Below are positions 38,928-47,476 of a DNA stretch of 64,000 nt, one piece after another. A program made the position numbers and the translations under genes. The stretch's first letter is position 1; every line of letters starts with the position of its first letter. The notes under the pieces are model-generated. The model was not told the origin of the DNA. It worked only from the letters and a program-made list of their open reading frames with translations, and searched no databases. This DNA comes from Polyangiaceae bacterium (GTDB lineage Bacteria; Myxococcota_A; Polyangia; Polyangiales; Polyangiaceae): assembly GCA_965222375.1 (NCBI GenBank), contig CBDCTZ010000014.1, positions 1,056,001-1,120,000 on the forward strand, written 5' to 3'.

Positions 38928-39069
38928 GCTGTTGAACCTGTTGCATGCTCGAGCGAATGTCAAAGCGTAGCTCCTAGCGCATTGTTTGGAGCGCAACCCG
39001 TTCGAACGGACTCAGGGCGTTTTCGCTCCAGTGCCTCGTTCGGTTCGGGACTGGTGCTATGCTGGCCGG

Positions 39070-40176
39070 ATGCTTCGCACGACCGCACTCCTCGCCGCTC
39101 TCTTTGCCCTGTCATCCACCGCCTGCGGTAGCTCCGACGATACCGCGGCACCCGGTAGCGGAGGCAGCTCTGGCGCAGGCGGTGCGGGGGGCTCGGCGGG
39201 CTCGGCAGGATCAGCGGGTTCTGCAACCTGGAAGGACGTGTACACGACGGACTTGCAGCTTCCTGCAGCGTCCACGTCGCCGATCAGTGTCGACCCCTCG
39301 GTAACGTTCTACCAAAACGTGCCCTACGGCACCGACAAGGCCACGCGCTTCGACATCTTCGTGCCCAAGAGCGCAACGCCAACGCCACTGATGATTCACA
39401 TCCACGGCGGCGGCTTCACGGGCGGGGACAAGGGCGCTGCCTACGCCAAGAACGCCGCTCGCATCAGCCACGCTCTGGATCAGGGCGTGGCCTACGCCAG
39501 CCTGGAGTACCGCCTGCTCGAGGACGTCGACACCATCGGCGTGATCAAGCCGATGACGGACAGTGCCCGAGCCCTGCAGTTCATTCGCCATCACGCCGCG
39601 GCTTTCAACATCGAGCCCGCGAAAGTCGTGCTGGAAGGTGGCTCCGCGGGTGCCGGCACGAGCCTGTGGATCGCCTTTTCCGATGACATGGCCGACCCCC
39701 AGAGCAGCGATCCCGTAGCGCAGCAATCCACTCGAGTGCTAGGCGCCGCCGCTAACGCCACTCAGGCAACCTACGACGTGGTCAAGTGGAACACCGTGGT
39801 CTTCGCCGAGTACAAGACCGACTTCCTGGAGCTAGCGGTCAAGGCGGGGCTTGGCCAGCGCCTCAATTCTTTCTACGGCATCGACAACATCGACGCTCTC
39901 GAGACGCCTCCCATCGTGGCCTATCGCAAGAAGGTCGACATGCTGGAGCTGATGACATCCGACGACCCGCCCATCTACGTCAACAACCCCCTCAGCCCCG
40001 TGGTCATCCCACTGGACACTGACTTCCTGTTCCACCACGCGTATCACGCGCGCGCCGTCACAGACCAAGCGGACAAGGTCGGGCTGCCGCACATTTCGTA
40101 CATCGCCGCTCTGAATATCGAAGACCCATCAGGCAAAGACGAGTTCGACTTCGCCTTGGACCAACTGAAGAAGTAG
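39070..40176 (+). CDS. Alpha/beta hydrolase (HSL/BD-FAE-like carboxylesterase) lipoprotein
   Basis: STAC-GSSDD lipobox; IHGGGF oxyanion motif; EYRL; GGSAGAG nucleophile; DDPP, FHH. Confidence 0.88.
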   Translation: MLRTTALLAALFALSSTACGSSDDTAAPGSGGSSGAGGAGGSAGSAGSAGSATWKDVYTTDLQLPAASTSPISVDPSVTFYQNVPYGTDKATRFDIFVPKSATPTPLMIHIHGGGFTGGDKGAAYAKNAARISHALDQGVAYASLEYRLLEDVDTIGVIKPMTDSARALQFIRHHAAAFNIEPAKVVLEGGSAGAGTSLWIAFSDDMADPQSSDPVAQQSTRVLGAAANATQATYDVVKWNTVVFAEYKTDFLELAVKAGLGQRLNSFYGIDNIDALETPPIVAYRKKVDMLELMTSDDPPIYVNNPLSPVVIPLDTDFLFHHAYHARAVTDQADKVGLPHISYIAALNIEDPSGKDEFDFALDQLKK

Positions 40177-40285
40177 ACGATCGCCGTTTTCCCGAGTGAC
40201 CGCTGTGTGTCCCAGCACGAATAGAGGCGCGGGTTTTCGGCACGAGGCGTGGGTGGTGTGGCGTGGGCCTGTTAGGCTGGTGGGC

Positions 40286-40969
40286 ATGGCACATTGGGAA
40301 AACCGCGCGGAGCCGAAGTGGCGAAAGTTCAAATACAATCAGCCTTATGCCAGGGGGCTGAAACGTCTGAAGGAAGAGGTGCTTGCCAAGACGGATTTCG
40401 ATCCGGCTACGCTTTTCCAATGGGGCACGATGCAGGCGATGGCGGTGATCGGCATCCTCAAGGAGTGCGAAGCCTCCTTCGGAGAAGAGGGCCAGCGTGC
40501 CGTGTACAAAGCCCTGCACCGCACCGGGTTCGACGTCGGGCGCCAAGTGCTCGATGGCGTGGAGTTGCCCGCCGACCTGACTCAGGCCGAGTTTGCGTCC
40601 TTCTATGCCACAGTCATCAATCGCATCGCCTATGCGTCCCTGGAGGATCCGAAGATCGACGGCGACGAGCAGGTCTCTTTCGACATCCTGTGGTGCCCCC
40701 ACCAAGATCACTACCAAGCCTTCGATTGTCGCGTGCAGCGCTACTTCGTCCAGGGCATGATCGACGCCGCCAAGGAATTCGCCCGCGACCAAGAGTTCGA
40801 CTTCGAAGTTCGTTTCGATACGACGATTCCCGCCGGCGCGCCCACCTGCCATTTCACGATCTGGAAGCCCGACGCAGAAGCCCGGGAGCAGTGGCAGCAA
40901 CTGACCAACAAGCTGGAAAAGAAAGCCCTACAAATGGCGCAAGACGAGGCGGCAGCCAAAGGAGACTAG
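40286..40969 (+). CDS. ATC-hydrolase / V4R-like fold protein
   Basis: WCPH..DC..YFVQGM..TTIPAGAPTCHF three-Cys pattern. Confidence 0.55.
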   Translation: MAHWENRAEPKWRKFKYNQPYARGLKRLKEEVLAKTDFDPATLFQWGTMQAMAVIGILKECEASFGEEGQRAVYKALHRTGFDVGRQVLDGVELPADLTQAEFASFYATVINRIAYASLEDPKIDGDEQVSFDILWCPHQDHYQAFDCRVQRYFVQGMIDAAKEFARDQEFDFEVRFDTTIPAGAPTCHFTIWKPDAEAREQWQQLTNKLEKKALQMAQDEAAAKGD

Positions 40970-41002
40970 CCAGCCACCGCATCGGCCGATTTGTTTGGGG
41001 TC

Positions 41003-41035
41003 GACGCGCTTGTGACACGCTTGTGACGCGCTTCG
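41003..41035. repeat. 11-bp tandem direct repeat x3 (GACRCGCTTGT)
   Basis: gacgcgcttgt gacacgcttgt gacgcgcttcg. Confidence 0.75.
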
Positions 41036-41176
41036 TGATGCCCGAAGGGGCAATAGCCGACGGGGTGCATCCCTGCGGCGCCCAGGGCCACTACTCTCGC
41101 GCCGGGCCAAGGCGCCGCGCAGCCGGGGCAAAAGGCATGGCGCAAGAGCCGCGTTGGCGCGCTACGCTGGAGAGCG

Positions 41177-41623
41177 ATGCGTTCTCGGGTCTGGAGTGCG
41201 GTGCTGGTCCTGGGTTTCGGGCCTGCGCTCGCGGCGTGCGCGCGATCGAGCGCGGACGGCGCAGAGGTGGTGCCTCAAACCACGCCCATGGCATGTCCAG
41301 AAGGATACTCAGCCGACCGACAGCGTTCCGAAGCAGTGCGCCAGGCCTTGGCGCGGGACGCGGAAGCCGGGCCACTCCTGCGCCGGAGCCAGGGCAGGTT
41401 TCAAATCTGCTATGCGCCGGGCGCCGCCGGGGTGCTCGCCGAAGATATCCTTTACTTGGACCCAGGGCTGGACGACGCGCAGTTGGTCGGGCGTAGCGCG
41501 CACTTGCTTTTTCACCTGGTCGTCGGTGGCGGCAAGGCCACCTCCGGCGACCCCGCGGACCCAGCCGAGCGCCAAGCCATCGCCCTCGAGCGGCGCGTCG
41601 CCGAGCGCTTCGCCACAAAGTAG
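41177..41623 (+). CDS. Hypothetical lipoprotein with degenerate zincin-like motif
   Basis: ALAAC lipobox; AHLLFHL followed by ERQA. Confidence 0.55.
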   Translation: MRSRVWSAVLVLGFGPALAACARSSADGAEVVPQTTPMACPEGYSADRQRSEAVRQALARDAEAGPLLRRSQGRFQICYAPGAAGVLAEDILYLDPGLDDAQLVGRSAHLLFHLVVGGGKATSGDPADPAERQAIALERRVAERFATK

Positions 41624-41777
41624 TCGCTGAGACCGGTTGAATGCCGCCGGAGTGTGCTGGCTCTCGTTTCCGAGTTGAGGACCAAAGCTCTTGTGGCCGT
41701 CGCTGAGACCGGTTGAATGCCGCCGGAGTGTGCTGGCTCTCGTTTCCGAGTTGAGGACCAAGGCTCTTGTGGCCGTC
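41623..41777. repeat. Tandem duplication of a 76-bp unit
   Basis: 41623-41698 repeated at 41699-41774 with one mismatch (CCAAAG vs CCAAGG), plus GTC. Confidence 0.95.
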
Positions 41778-42263
41778 ACTGCTTCCGGCGAAAGTGCCTC
41801 ACGCCGAGCCGCAGCCCAACAAACACGATTGACGCGCCAATGATGCGCATCACCCAAGACACGATCCGTGCCTGGCCGCTTTCTTTGGCGTCAGCTCTTC
41901 GTGTCGGAAGCCCTCGGGTTCTTCGACGAGGTAGACCACACGAAGCTTCGCGCCGTCCTTGCCGCGGAGGCGTTCATATACCTCCTCGTCAATCGTGGCC
42001 TCTCCGTTGATGACTCGATCGCCCAAGGTCGTGAATTCGACCTCTGCGACGTAGACAGGCGAGCGACTTGAGCCGTGGCCAGTATCAAAGGTGCGCGTGC
42101 TCTTCACATTCGCATCCACCCGCACGCCAGATTCGTCGAGCTCGAGGTAGCGGGCCGCATCGAAACCCGCCGCCCAGCTCCCGAAGAGAACGAGCAGGCC
42201 GAAGGCCAAAACGCTCAGTGCGCCGCCGATACCTCCGGACTTGGCCCCTGGGTCCGCGCTCAT
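41776..42263 (-). pseudogene. DUF3592-like two-TM membrane protein, frameshifted near 41890
   Basis: ORF 41850..42263 has an N-terminal TM and beta domain; the second TM (IVSWVMRIIGASIVFVGLRLGV-RHFRRKQ*) is in another frame, ending at 41776. Confidence 0.6.
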
Positions 42264-42328
42264 GGTTGGTGGGGCTAACACAGCCCCGTTCGCGCGACTT
42301 GCCCTCGACTATTTCCGACGCGGCTGCG

Positions 42329-43741
42329 TTAGGACGAGAGGAAGCGTTGTGGGCCTTTTTCTGCGTCCCAACTCATCAACGCCGCGACCGCCTTTCCGTC
42401 GACGTGTTCGACGACCAAGTGCGTGCGGGTGGCGGGCAACCCAGGTGCACAGCCCTCGGGGGCGTCTTCTTCGGCCCAGGCGCCCAGGTTCACGTAGGTG
42501 GAGTCGCCGTCGTCGCTCTTGCTCAATTCTGGCAAGTGGGTGTGGCCCATCACGATGAAGGCCGCAGGGAACAGCCGTGCGACCCGGGATGAATGCTCAC
42601 GCAGCGACTGGCTGGCATCGATGGCACTTCGAGTTCGACGCCACAGGTAGCCAGCGAGGAAGACCCCCGGGCCGACGGCGGCGACTGCGATGCCCAGAGT
42701 CGGCGTCCACTTTGCGAGCAATACCCAGATCAACAGCGCCAGCGTGGCCACAGTGACAGCGACGCGGTCGATCATCACGCCTGCCAGCAGCCGCAGCAAG
42801 CTACGGGTCATGGGTGGCCTCTGCAGGGAGGCCAGGGCGCGCAGGTTGATCAGGCTGAGCTTCTTGGCCTCTGCCAGCATGCCCATCTTGCGCTCGTGCT
42901 CGGCGCGCACCCAATGAGCAGCGTCGCTCATGTGCTCGCGCCAAATGCGTACGGCGACCCCAATGGCTCGAATGAAGCGGCCTCCCAAGCGCAGCATGCC
43001 TCCGATACCCAGGCGCGCACCAAAGCGTAGGTAGTCGATGGCGCTTGCCTCCTCGTGGCCGGTTTCGCTCATACCGCTAGTTGGGCGTACGACGTAGCGC
43101 AGCAGAACGTCCGACATGGAACGCCGCGTGCGGCGCGGATCGCTGGCGCGCACCGGGTGGAGCACGTTCTCGTAGGAGCAGAAGTCGTCGTATTGGTGCC
43201 CGTGCTCGATGAAGGCGACGCCCTCCTCGTAGTAGAACCAATCCGCGAATTCGATCTGATCTGATGCAGGCTCGTCGTAGCGTGCGATGATCTTTCGGAA
43301 GGCAGCCTGAACCTCGGGCCAGTGAAAGTCCACGTCGTGGTTGCCGCGGACGATCACGCAGGCGTTGCCAGCCGCGAGGAACCTCGCCAACGCTTGGAAC
43401 ACGACGGCGTGGTGCTCCGCCACCCGTTCGAGCTTGGCCAGGGTGTGATCGACCGCACTGCCCAGGCCGTGCTGTCGCTCATCTTCATCGGGCTCCGTCG
43501 ACAGGCCCACCTCCGGAAGGGGCACGCTCATGCCCACGAAGTCCACGAAGTCCCCCGCGACCACCAAGCGCCAAGGTTTGCCGGCTCGGGGCCGCTGGCG
43601 ATACCAGTCGAGGAACGCCACCAACTCGCGGTCTCGCATCTTTCCCGCCGGACCCAGGGCCGGGGCTCCCGGACGGGCGTGCTGAATCAGGTCACTACCT
43701 AGATGAACATCAGAGAAGACGAGAAGATTATGCGATGGCAT
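42329..43741 (-). CDS. Calcineurin-like metallophosphoesterase with membrane hairpin
   Basis: SDVHLG, AGDFVD, RGNHD, EHGH, MGHTH, NLGAW; two TM helices before the last motif. Confidence 0.88.
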   Translation of the reverse strand: MPSHNLLVFSDVHLGSDLIQHARPGAPALGPAGKMRDRELVAFLDWYRQRPRAGKPWRLVVAGDFVDFVGMSVPLPEVGLSTEPDEDERQHGLGSAVDHTLAKLERVAEHHAVVFQALARFLAAGNACVIVRGNHDVDFHWPEVQAAFRKIIARYDEPASDQIEFADWFYYEEGVAFIEHGHQYDDFCSYENVLHPVRASDPRRTRRSMSDVLLRYVVRPTSGMSETGHEEASAIDYLRFGARLGIGGMLRLGGRFIRAIGVAVRIWREHMSDAAHWVRAEHERKMGMLAEAKKLSLINLRALASLQRPPMTRSLLRLLAGVMIDRVAVTVATLALLIWVLLAKWTPTLGIAVAAVGPGVFLAGYLWRRTRSAIDASQSLREHSSRVARLFPAAFIVMGHTHLPELSKSDDGDSTYVNLGAWAEEDAPEGCAPGLPATRTHLVVEHVDGKAVAALMSWDAEKGPQRFLSS

Positions 43742-43966
43742 CGGACGAAATCTGTGCACCCTTAATATGACTCATCTTTGCCGACACGCACGTCCCTCGA
43801 GCCACGATTCGGTCACAGTTGCGACGTCTGTTGGTCAGCAACGCGGGGCACTCGCGTCGATCCGACGACGACGAGACGCACATGCGCCTCGAAACTCGCG
43901 GAGCCCGCGCACCCGCGTCATGACGTTGACACCATCGCGGTGGGCGAAGGCGCCGAGGTCGAAACG

Positions 43967-45250
43967 CTAGTCGTCCGAGCGGGCCAACCTGCGCGCCGCT
44001 TCGATGTCTTGGCGGGACTTGGGCAGCTCCCCACTGAGCACTTCGGCTCCGGATTCGGTCACGAGCACCGTATCTTCGATTCGGATCCCCAATCCCCCGG
44101 TGTTTTCGGGTGCCAGGGCCTCGTCGGGGCGAAAATAGAGGCCGGGCTCCACGGTCAGGGCCATGCCGGGACGCAGCTTGACCGGCTCGCCGTTTTCCTC
44201 GGGAGCGCCGGCATCGTGCACCTCTAGACCGATGAAGTGACTCGTTCGGTGCGCAAACCAGTGGTCCAGATCCGCGGCGGCGAATTCGAAGGCGCGACTC
44301 TGGCTGAGGGCGTCCTGCGCGGCGTTTCGAGCAGCGCCGTCGACCTCGGCGATGCTGGCCCCGGGGCGGACGCTGGCCAGCGCGCGCTCCTGCGCGGCCA
44401 GTACGATCTCGTACAGTTCGGACTGAAGCTTGGAGAAGCGCGCGGAGACCGGGAAAGTGCGGGTCACGTCGCAGGCGTAGCGCTCCGCCTCGCAGCCAGC
44501 GTCCACCAAGACCAAGTCACCCTCGCAGAGAGGGCTGCCTGTGGGCGTGGCGTGCAGGATCGTGGTTCGGCTGCCGCTGGCGACGACGCTCCTATACGCT
44601 GGGGAAGTGCTGCCTTGTGCGGCAAACTCCCACTCCACGCTCTTGGCCAGCTCCAGCTCCGACATACCCGCGCGCGCGACGGCCCAAGCGCGACGATGGG
44701 CAGCGCAGGTGGCCGCTGCGGCCCGACGCAGCAGCTCGGCTTCGGCGGCGTCTTTGATCACTCGCATGCGCGCTGTGGCCTCTCGGGGATCGACCACGGG
44801 AAGCAGGCCTGTGCCACGGCGCTTGCTGCCATGCAGGCAGTGGATCACGACTTGGTCTAGACCGGCTTCCGAACCCAGGCGGTAGGCCAAGCGCTTTGAG
44901 TCCTTGAGTTGCGTAGCCAAGGTGGCGGCTAGCTCGGCCTGGCTTCGGATGTCGCTGACGCCGCTGACCCGCGTCACCTCTTCCGCGGAGCTGCCAGCTC
45001 CGTCGAAAAGCTCCCGATGCGAGTCGACCTCCGCCAAAAATAGCGTTGCCTGGGGGCCGCGGTCCGTGGCGGTGAGCAGCAGACTAGCGTCGGGCTCTAC
45101 GCAGCCCGTCAGGTACAGGAGATCGGCGTCCGCGCGGTACTCGCTTCCGGTCAGCGCTGCGGGTCCAGGCGCTCGGATCAAGAAAACGGTGTCGGGGTGC
45201 GCCGCGACGAGCTTTCGTCGGCGGGCTTCGTAGCTGGGGGCGTCAAGCAC
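43967..45250 (-). CDS. pepP: Xaa-Pro aminopeptidase (aminopeptidase P, M24B)
   Basis: AAGGAG RBS before GTG at 45250; YLTG..EPD, MRVIK, ILH, VDAGCE..YACDVTRTFP, HRTSHFIGLEVHD, TVEPGLY, GIRIED. Confidence 0.88.
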   Translation of the reverse strand: MLDAPSYEARRRKLVAAHPDTVFLIRAPGPAALTGSEYRADADLLYLTGCVEPDASLLLTATDRGPQATLFLAEVDSHRELFDGAGSSAEEVTRVSGVSDIRSQAELAATLATQLKDSKRLAYRLGSEAGLDQVVIHCLHGSKRRGTGLLPVVDPREATARMRVIKDAAEAELLRRAAAATCAAHRRAWAVARAGMSELELAKSVEWEFAAQGSTSPAYRSVVASGSRTTILHATPTGSPLCEGDLVLVDAGCEAERYACDVTRTFPVSARFSKLQSELYEIVLAAQERALASVRPGASIAEVDGAARNAAQDALSQSRAFEFAAADLDHWFAHRTSHFIGLEVHDAGAPEENGEPVKLRPGMALTVEPGLYFRPDEALAPENTGGLGIRIEDTVLVTESGAEVLSGELPKSRQDIEAARRLARSDD

Positions 45251-45317
45251 GGGAAGGCTCCTTTCTGTGCCCAATTAGTGCCCCACTAAGGTATTACTAG
45301 CTCTAAGAAGGTCATCA

Positions 45318-45336
45318 AGTACCTGAATCCGGTACT
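45318..45336. promoter_or_regulatory. Palindromic operator candidate AGTACC-N7-GGTACT
   Basis: Perfect 6-bp inverted repeat between divergent pepP and HTH regulator; a second IR TTAGTG-CCC-CACTAA at 45275-45289. Confidence 0.5.
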
Positions 45337-45360
45337 CAGCCGCCTGGGTAGTTCCCCGCG

Positions 45361-46194
45361 ATGGATCGTCACGAACAGCTCCTGGTCACCCTCAAGCGCG
45401 CTCTCGCGACGGCTCAGCTCAACTACCGACAGCTCGCGGAACGCATCGGGATGAGTGAGTCCGGGGTCAAGAAGCTACTGACCGGCGACGACATCTCTCT
45501 GAGTCGATTGCAGCAGATCTGCGACGCGATTGGCGTTTCCCTGGTCGACGTGATCGAGGCTTCGAGACACGAGGCCATCCGCGACGTCGAGTTGTCTCAT
45601 GATCAGCAGTGCTACTTCCTCGACCATCCTGCGACCTTCGCCTTCTTTTGGCGGCTGTTCGTGGAGCGCCGCTCTGTCGCGGAGATCAAACGCCGAGATG
45701 GGCTCAGTAACGCTCAGGCGCGGCGTCACTTGAGCGCGCTGTCCCGCTTGGGGTTGCTGGAGCTTGGCGCCGGCGATCGAATTCGCCTTCGGGACGACGA
45801 CCTCGTGCGCTGGAGCGATCGGGGTCCGCTGATGGATCACCTGAACCAGCGCTGGTCGGTGGAATTGGTCGAGGAATGTCTAGCCCGACTGCGGGGGGAT
45901 CCGGAAGGTGTAGAGCGCGGTGGTGGCAGTGTTTCCAGAGCGGCGAGCGCGCAGCACTTGTTTCGATTGCATCAACTGATGCTGCGCCCGGAAACCGCGA
46001 GCGAGCTGAAGTCCGAGTTCGAGCGCCTGATAGACGAGTTTCGACGCCGCGCCCGCCACGAACTTCTGACCAGCGACCGCACCGCCTTGATTGCTGTTTC
46101 ACTGCTAACGGCGTTGGCGCCCCGGAGCTTTGTCCCGGAGATCCCTGCCGCGAACGCTCCTCGCTCGCGGCGGCGTACAGGCCGCGAGGGTTAG
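45361..46194 (+). CDS. XRE/Cro-type helix-turn-helix transcriptional regulator
   Basis: LNYRQLAERIGMSESGVKKLL..ISLSRLQQIC; second wHTH-like region. Confidence 0.85.
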   Translation: MDRHEQLLVTLKRALATAQLNYRQLAERIGMSESGVKKLLTGDDISLSRLQQICDAIGVSLVDVIEASRHEAIRDVELSHDQQCYFLDHPATFAFFWRLFVERRSVAEIKRRDGLSNAQARRHLSALSRLGLLELGAGDRIRLRDDDLVRWSDRGPLMDHLNQRWSVELVEECLARLRGDPEGVERGGGSVSRAASAQHLFRLHQLMLRPETASELKSEFERLIDEFRRRARHELLTSDRTALIAVSLLTALAPRSFVPEIPAANAPRSRRRTGREG

Positions 46195-46514
46195 TGCGTC
46201 AGTTTCCAGAGTGCGCCAAGCAGCTGATCTAGCTTCTCGAGCGTGGGCTCAGCCGACGCTTCCGAAAGATACTTCCAGCCGACACCGGCTCGCAGGGCGA
46301 CCACGACTTCCTTGGCGCTACCGGCGGCGTTGAAATACCGAGCGCGACGGTTGCCAGGGTCGGAGCCCGAGCTTTCCTCGAGGTTGAGCAAGAAGCTATT
46401 CGTGGCGTCGCGCATTTGCGCCGCCAGCTTCCTGTCGTGACGCTGCACCCGAGCCACGTGCGGCACGACTTCGCGCTGCGCCTGAAGAGCTAGTTCGAGG
46501 GTTCTGAATCGCAT
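46191..46514 (-). CDS. Four-helix-bundle protein (23S rRNA IVP / bAvd-like family)
   Basis: AGGAGA RBS; LAAQMRDATNSFLLNLEE..R..F..A.GSAKEV matches the QxxRAxxSxxxNxAE..AxGSxxE family pattern; 107 aa. Confidence 0.82.
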   Translation of the reverse strand: MRFRTLELALQAQREVVPHVARVQRHDRKLAAQMRDATNSFLLNLEESSGSDPGNRRARYFNAAGSAKEVVVALRAGVGWKYLSEASAEPTLEKLDQLLGALWKLTH

Positions 46515-46531
46515 GATCGTCTCCTGGTTGT

Positions 46532-46670
46532 TCCGCCCGGCGGCGGGTTTCTCACCCAACCCGCCCGACGCCGGGCGGACTCTAGGAGTTCGATGCGCAT
46601 GGCCGCCTCGACCTCGGCGCCTGCGGGCACAGTGCCAGCCACCGGCTGGCACGAGCACCGCCCAGCCCGT
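46532..46670 (-). ncRNA. Structured 5' leader / candidate cis-acting RNA of the four-helix-bundle gene
   Basis: Compound hairpin 46532-46579 (TCCGCCCGGC/GCCGGGCGGA plus GGCGGGTT/AACCCGCC) and perfect hairpin GTGCCAGCC-ACC-GGCTGGCAC at 46632-46652. Confidence 0.45.
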
Positions 46671-46704
46671 CAACAAGAGTGCAAGCGATGTCCTGTCTTA
46701 CACC

Positions 46705-47000
46705 ACACCCGACACCGACACCCTGCCACTGCCACTGTTGCCGACTCTGCCCCAGCCACCGTCGCTGACGCTGCCACGGTCACCGACCCGGCTCAGCCAC
46801 CCGCCACTGCCACGGTCACCGCCGCTGCCACTGCCACGGTCACCGCCACTGCCACGGTCACCGCGGCCGACTCTGCCGCAGCTACCGGTTCTGCACTGCC
46901 ACGGTCACCGCCGCCGACTCTGCCGCAGCCACCGGTTCTGCACTGCCACCGACCCTGCCGCTGCCACAGTCGCCGCCACGGGCTCTGACTCCGCTCCCGC
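46705..47000. repeat. C-rich mosaic repeat array
   Basis: CTGCCACGGTCACCG at 46771, 46807, 46831, 46849, 46896; GCCGACTCTGCC at 46740, 46866, 46913; 47-bp higher-order repeat. Confidence 0.9.
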
Positions 47001-47020
47001 CTCTGTCCTGTGCTGTCCCC

Positions 47021-47476
47021 CTAGGGGATCGTCGCGGCTGGTGGCGGCGTTGCGGGTGCGACTGTGGGCTGCGGATCCGGAAGCACCGTGACCGAGAGCT
47101 GTCCCTCGGAGTCACCGTTGTAGGTGACGCGCAGCGTAGTTTTGCCGGGAGCGACGCCGTAGACCACGAAGCCGGTGCGGGGCTGCGGGCCTCTCCAACG
47201 CCAGCGCTCGGTGGTGCGATTGATGTGCGCGGGCAGGACCTGAGCGATGTTTGGGTCTTGACTGACTGCCTTGGCGTCCTCGCAGGGCGTTCCGCCGCTG
47301 CGGCATTCGAAGGCCAGAGCGACGCCTGTGGAGATCTCGATCTGATCGCTGGCGCGATTCAGGCTGGCGGTGCGGGTCGGCGGTGGCGTGCTGGCGGCGT
47401 GAAAGAAGGGGCCGCAAGCCGACAGGCTCAGGCTCGTGGCCGCCAACAAGAGCGCCTGGCATATCGTGCGCTTCAT
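47021..47476 (-). CDS. Lipoprotein with Ig-like domain
   Basis: LSLSAC lipobox; SQDPNIAQV, GVAPGKTTLRV; overlaps the upstream stop. Confidence 0.7.
   Translation of the reverse strand: MKRTICQALLLAATSLSLSACGPFFHAASTPPPTRTASLNRASDQIEISTGVALAFECRSGGTPCEDAKAVSQDPNIAQVLPAHINRTTERWRWRGPQPRTGFVVYGVAPGKTTLRVTYNGDSEGQLSVTVLPDPQPTVAPATPPPAATIP

Noticed and set aside
40294..41496. 400-aa plus-strand ORF
   Set aside because: Arg/Pro-rich alternative frame overlapping two better-supported genes.
41623..41777. Mini-CRISPR or tRNA pair (76-bp units)
   Set aside because: Whole units are duplicated with no unique spacer; I found no cloverleaf, T-loop GTTC motif or CCA end.
46705..47000. CRISPR array
   Set aside because: Repeats are 15 bp with short, non-unique, irregular spacers; no cas genes.
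46513..47091. ORFs 46513..47091 and 46593..46988 as real proteins
   Set aside because: Low-complexity translations of the repeat array; the 47-bp period shifts the frame.
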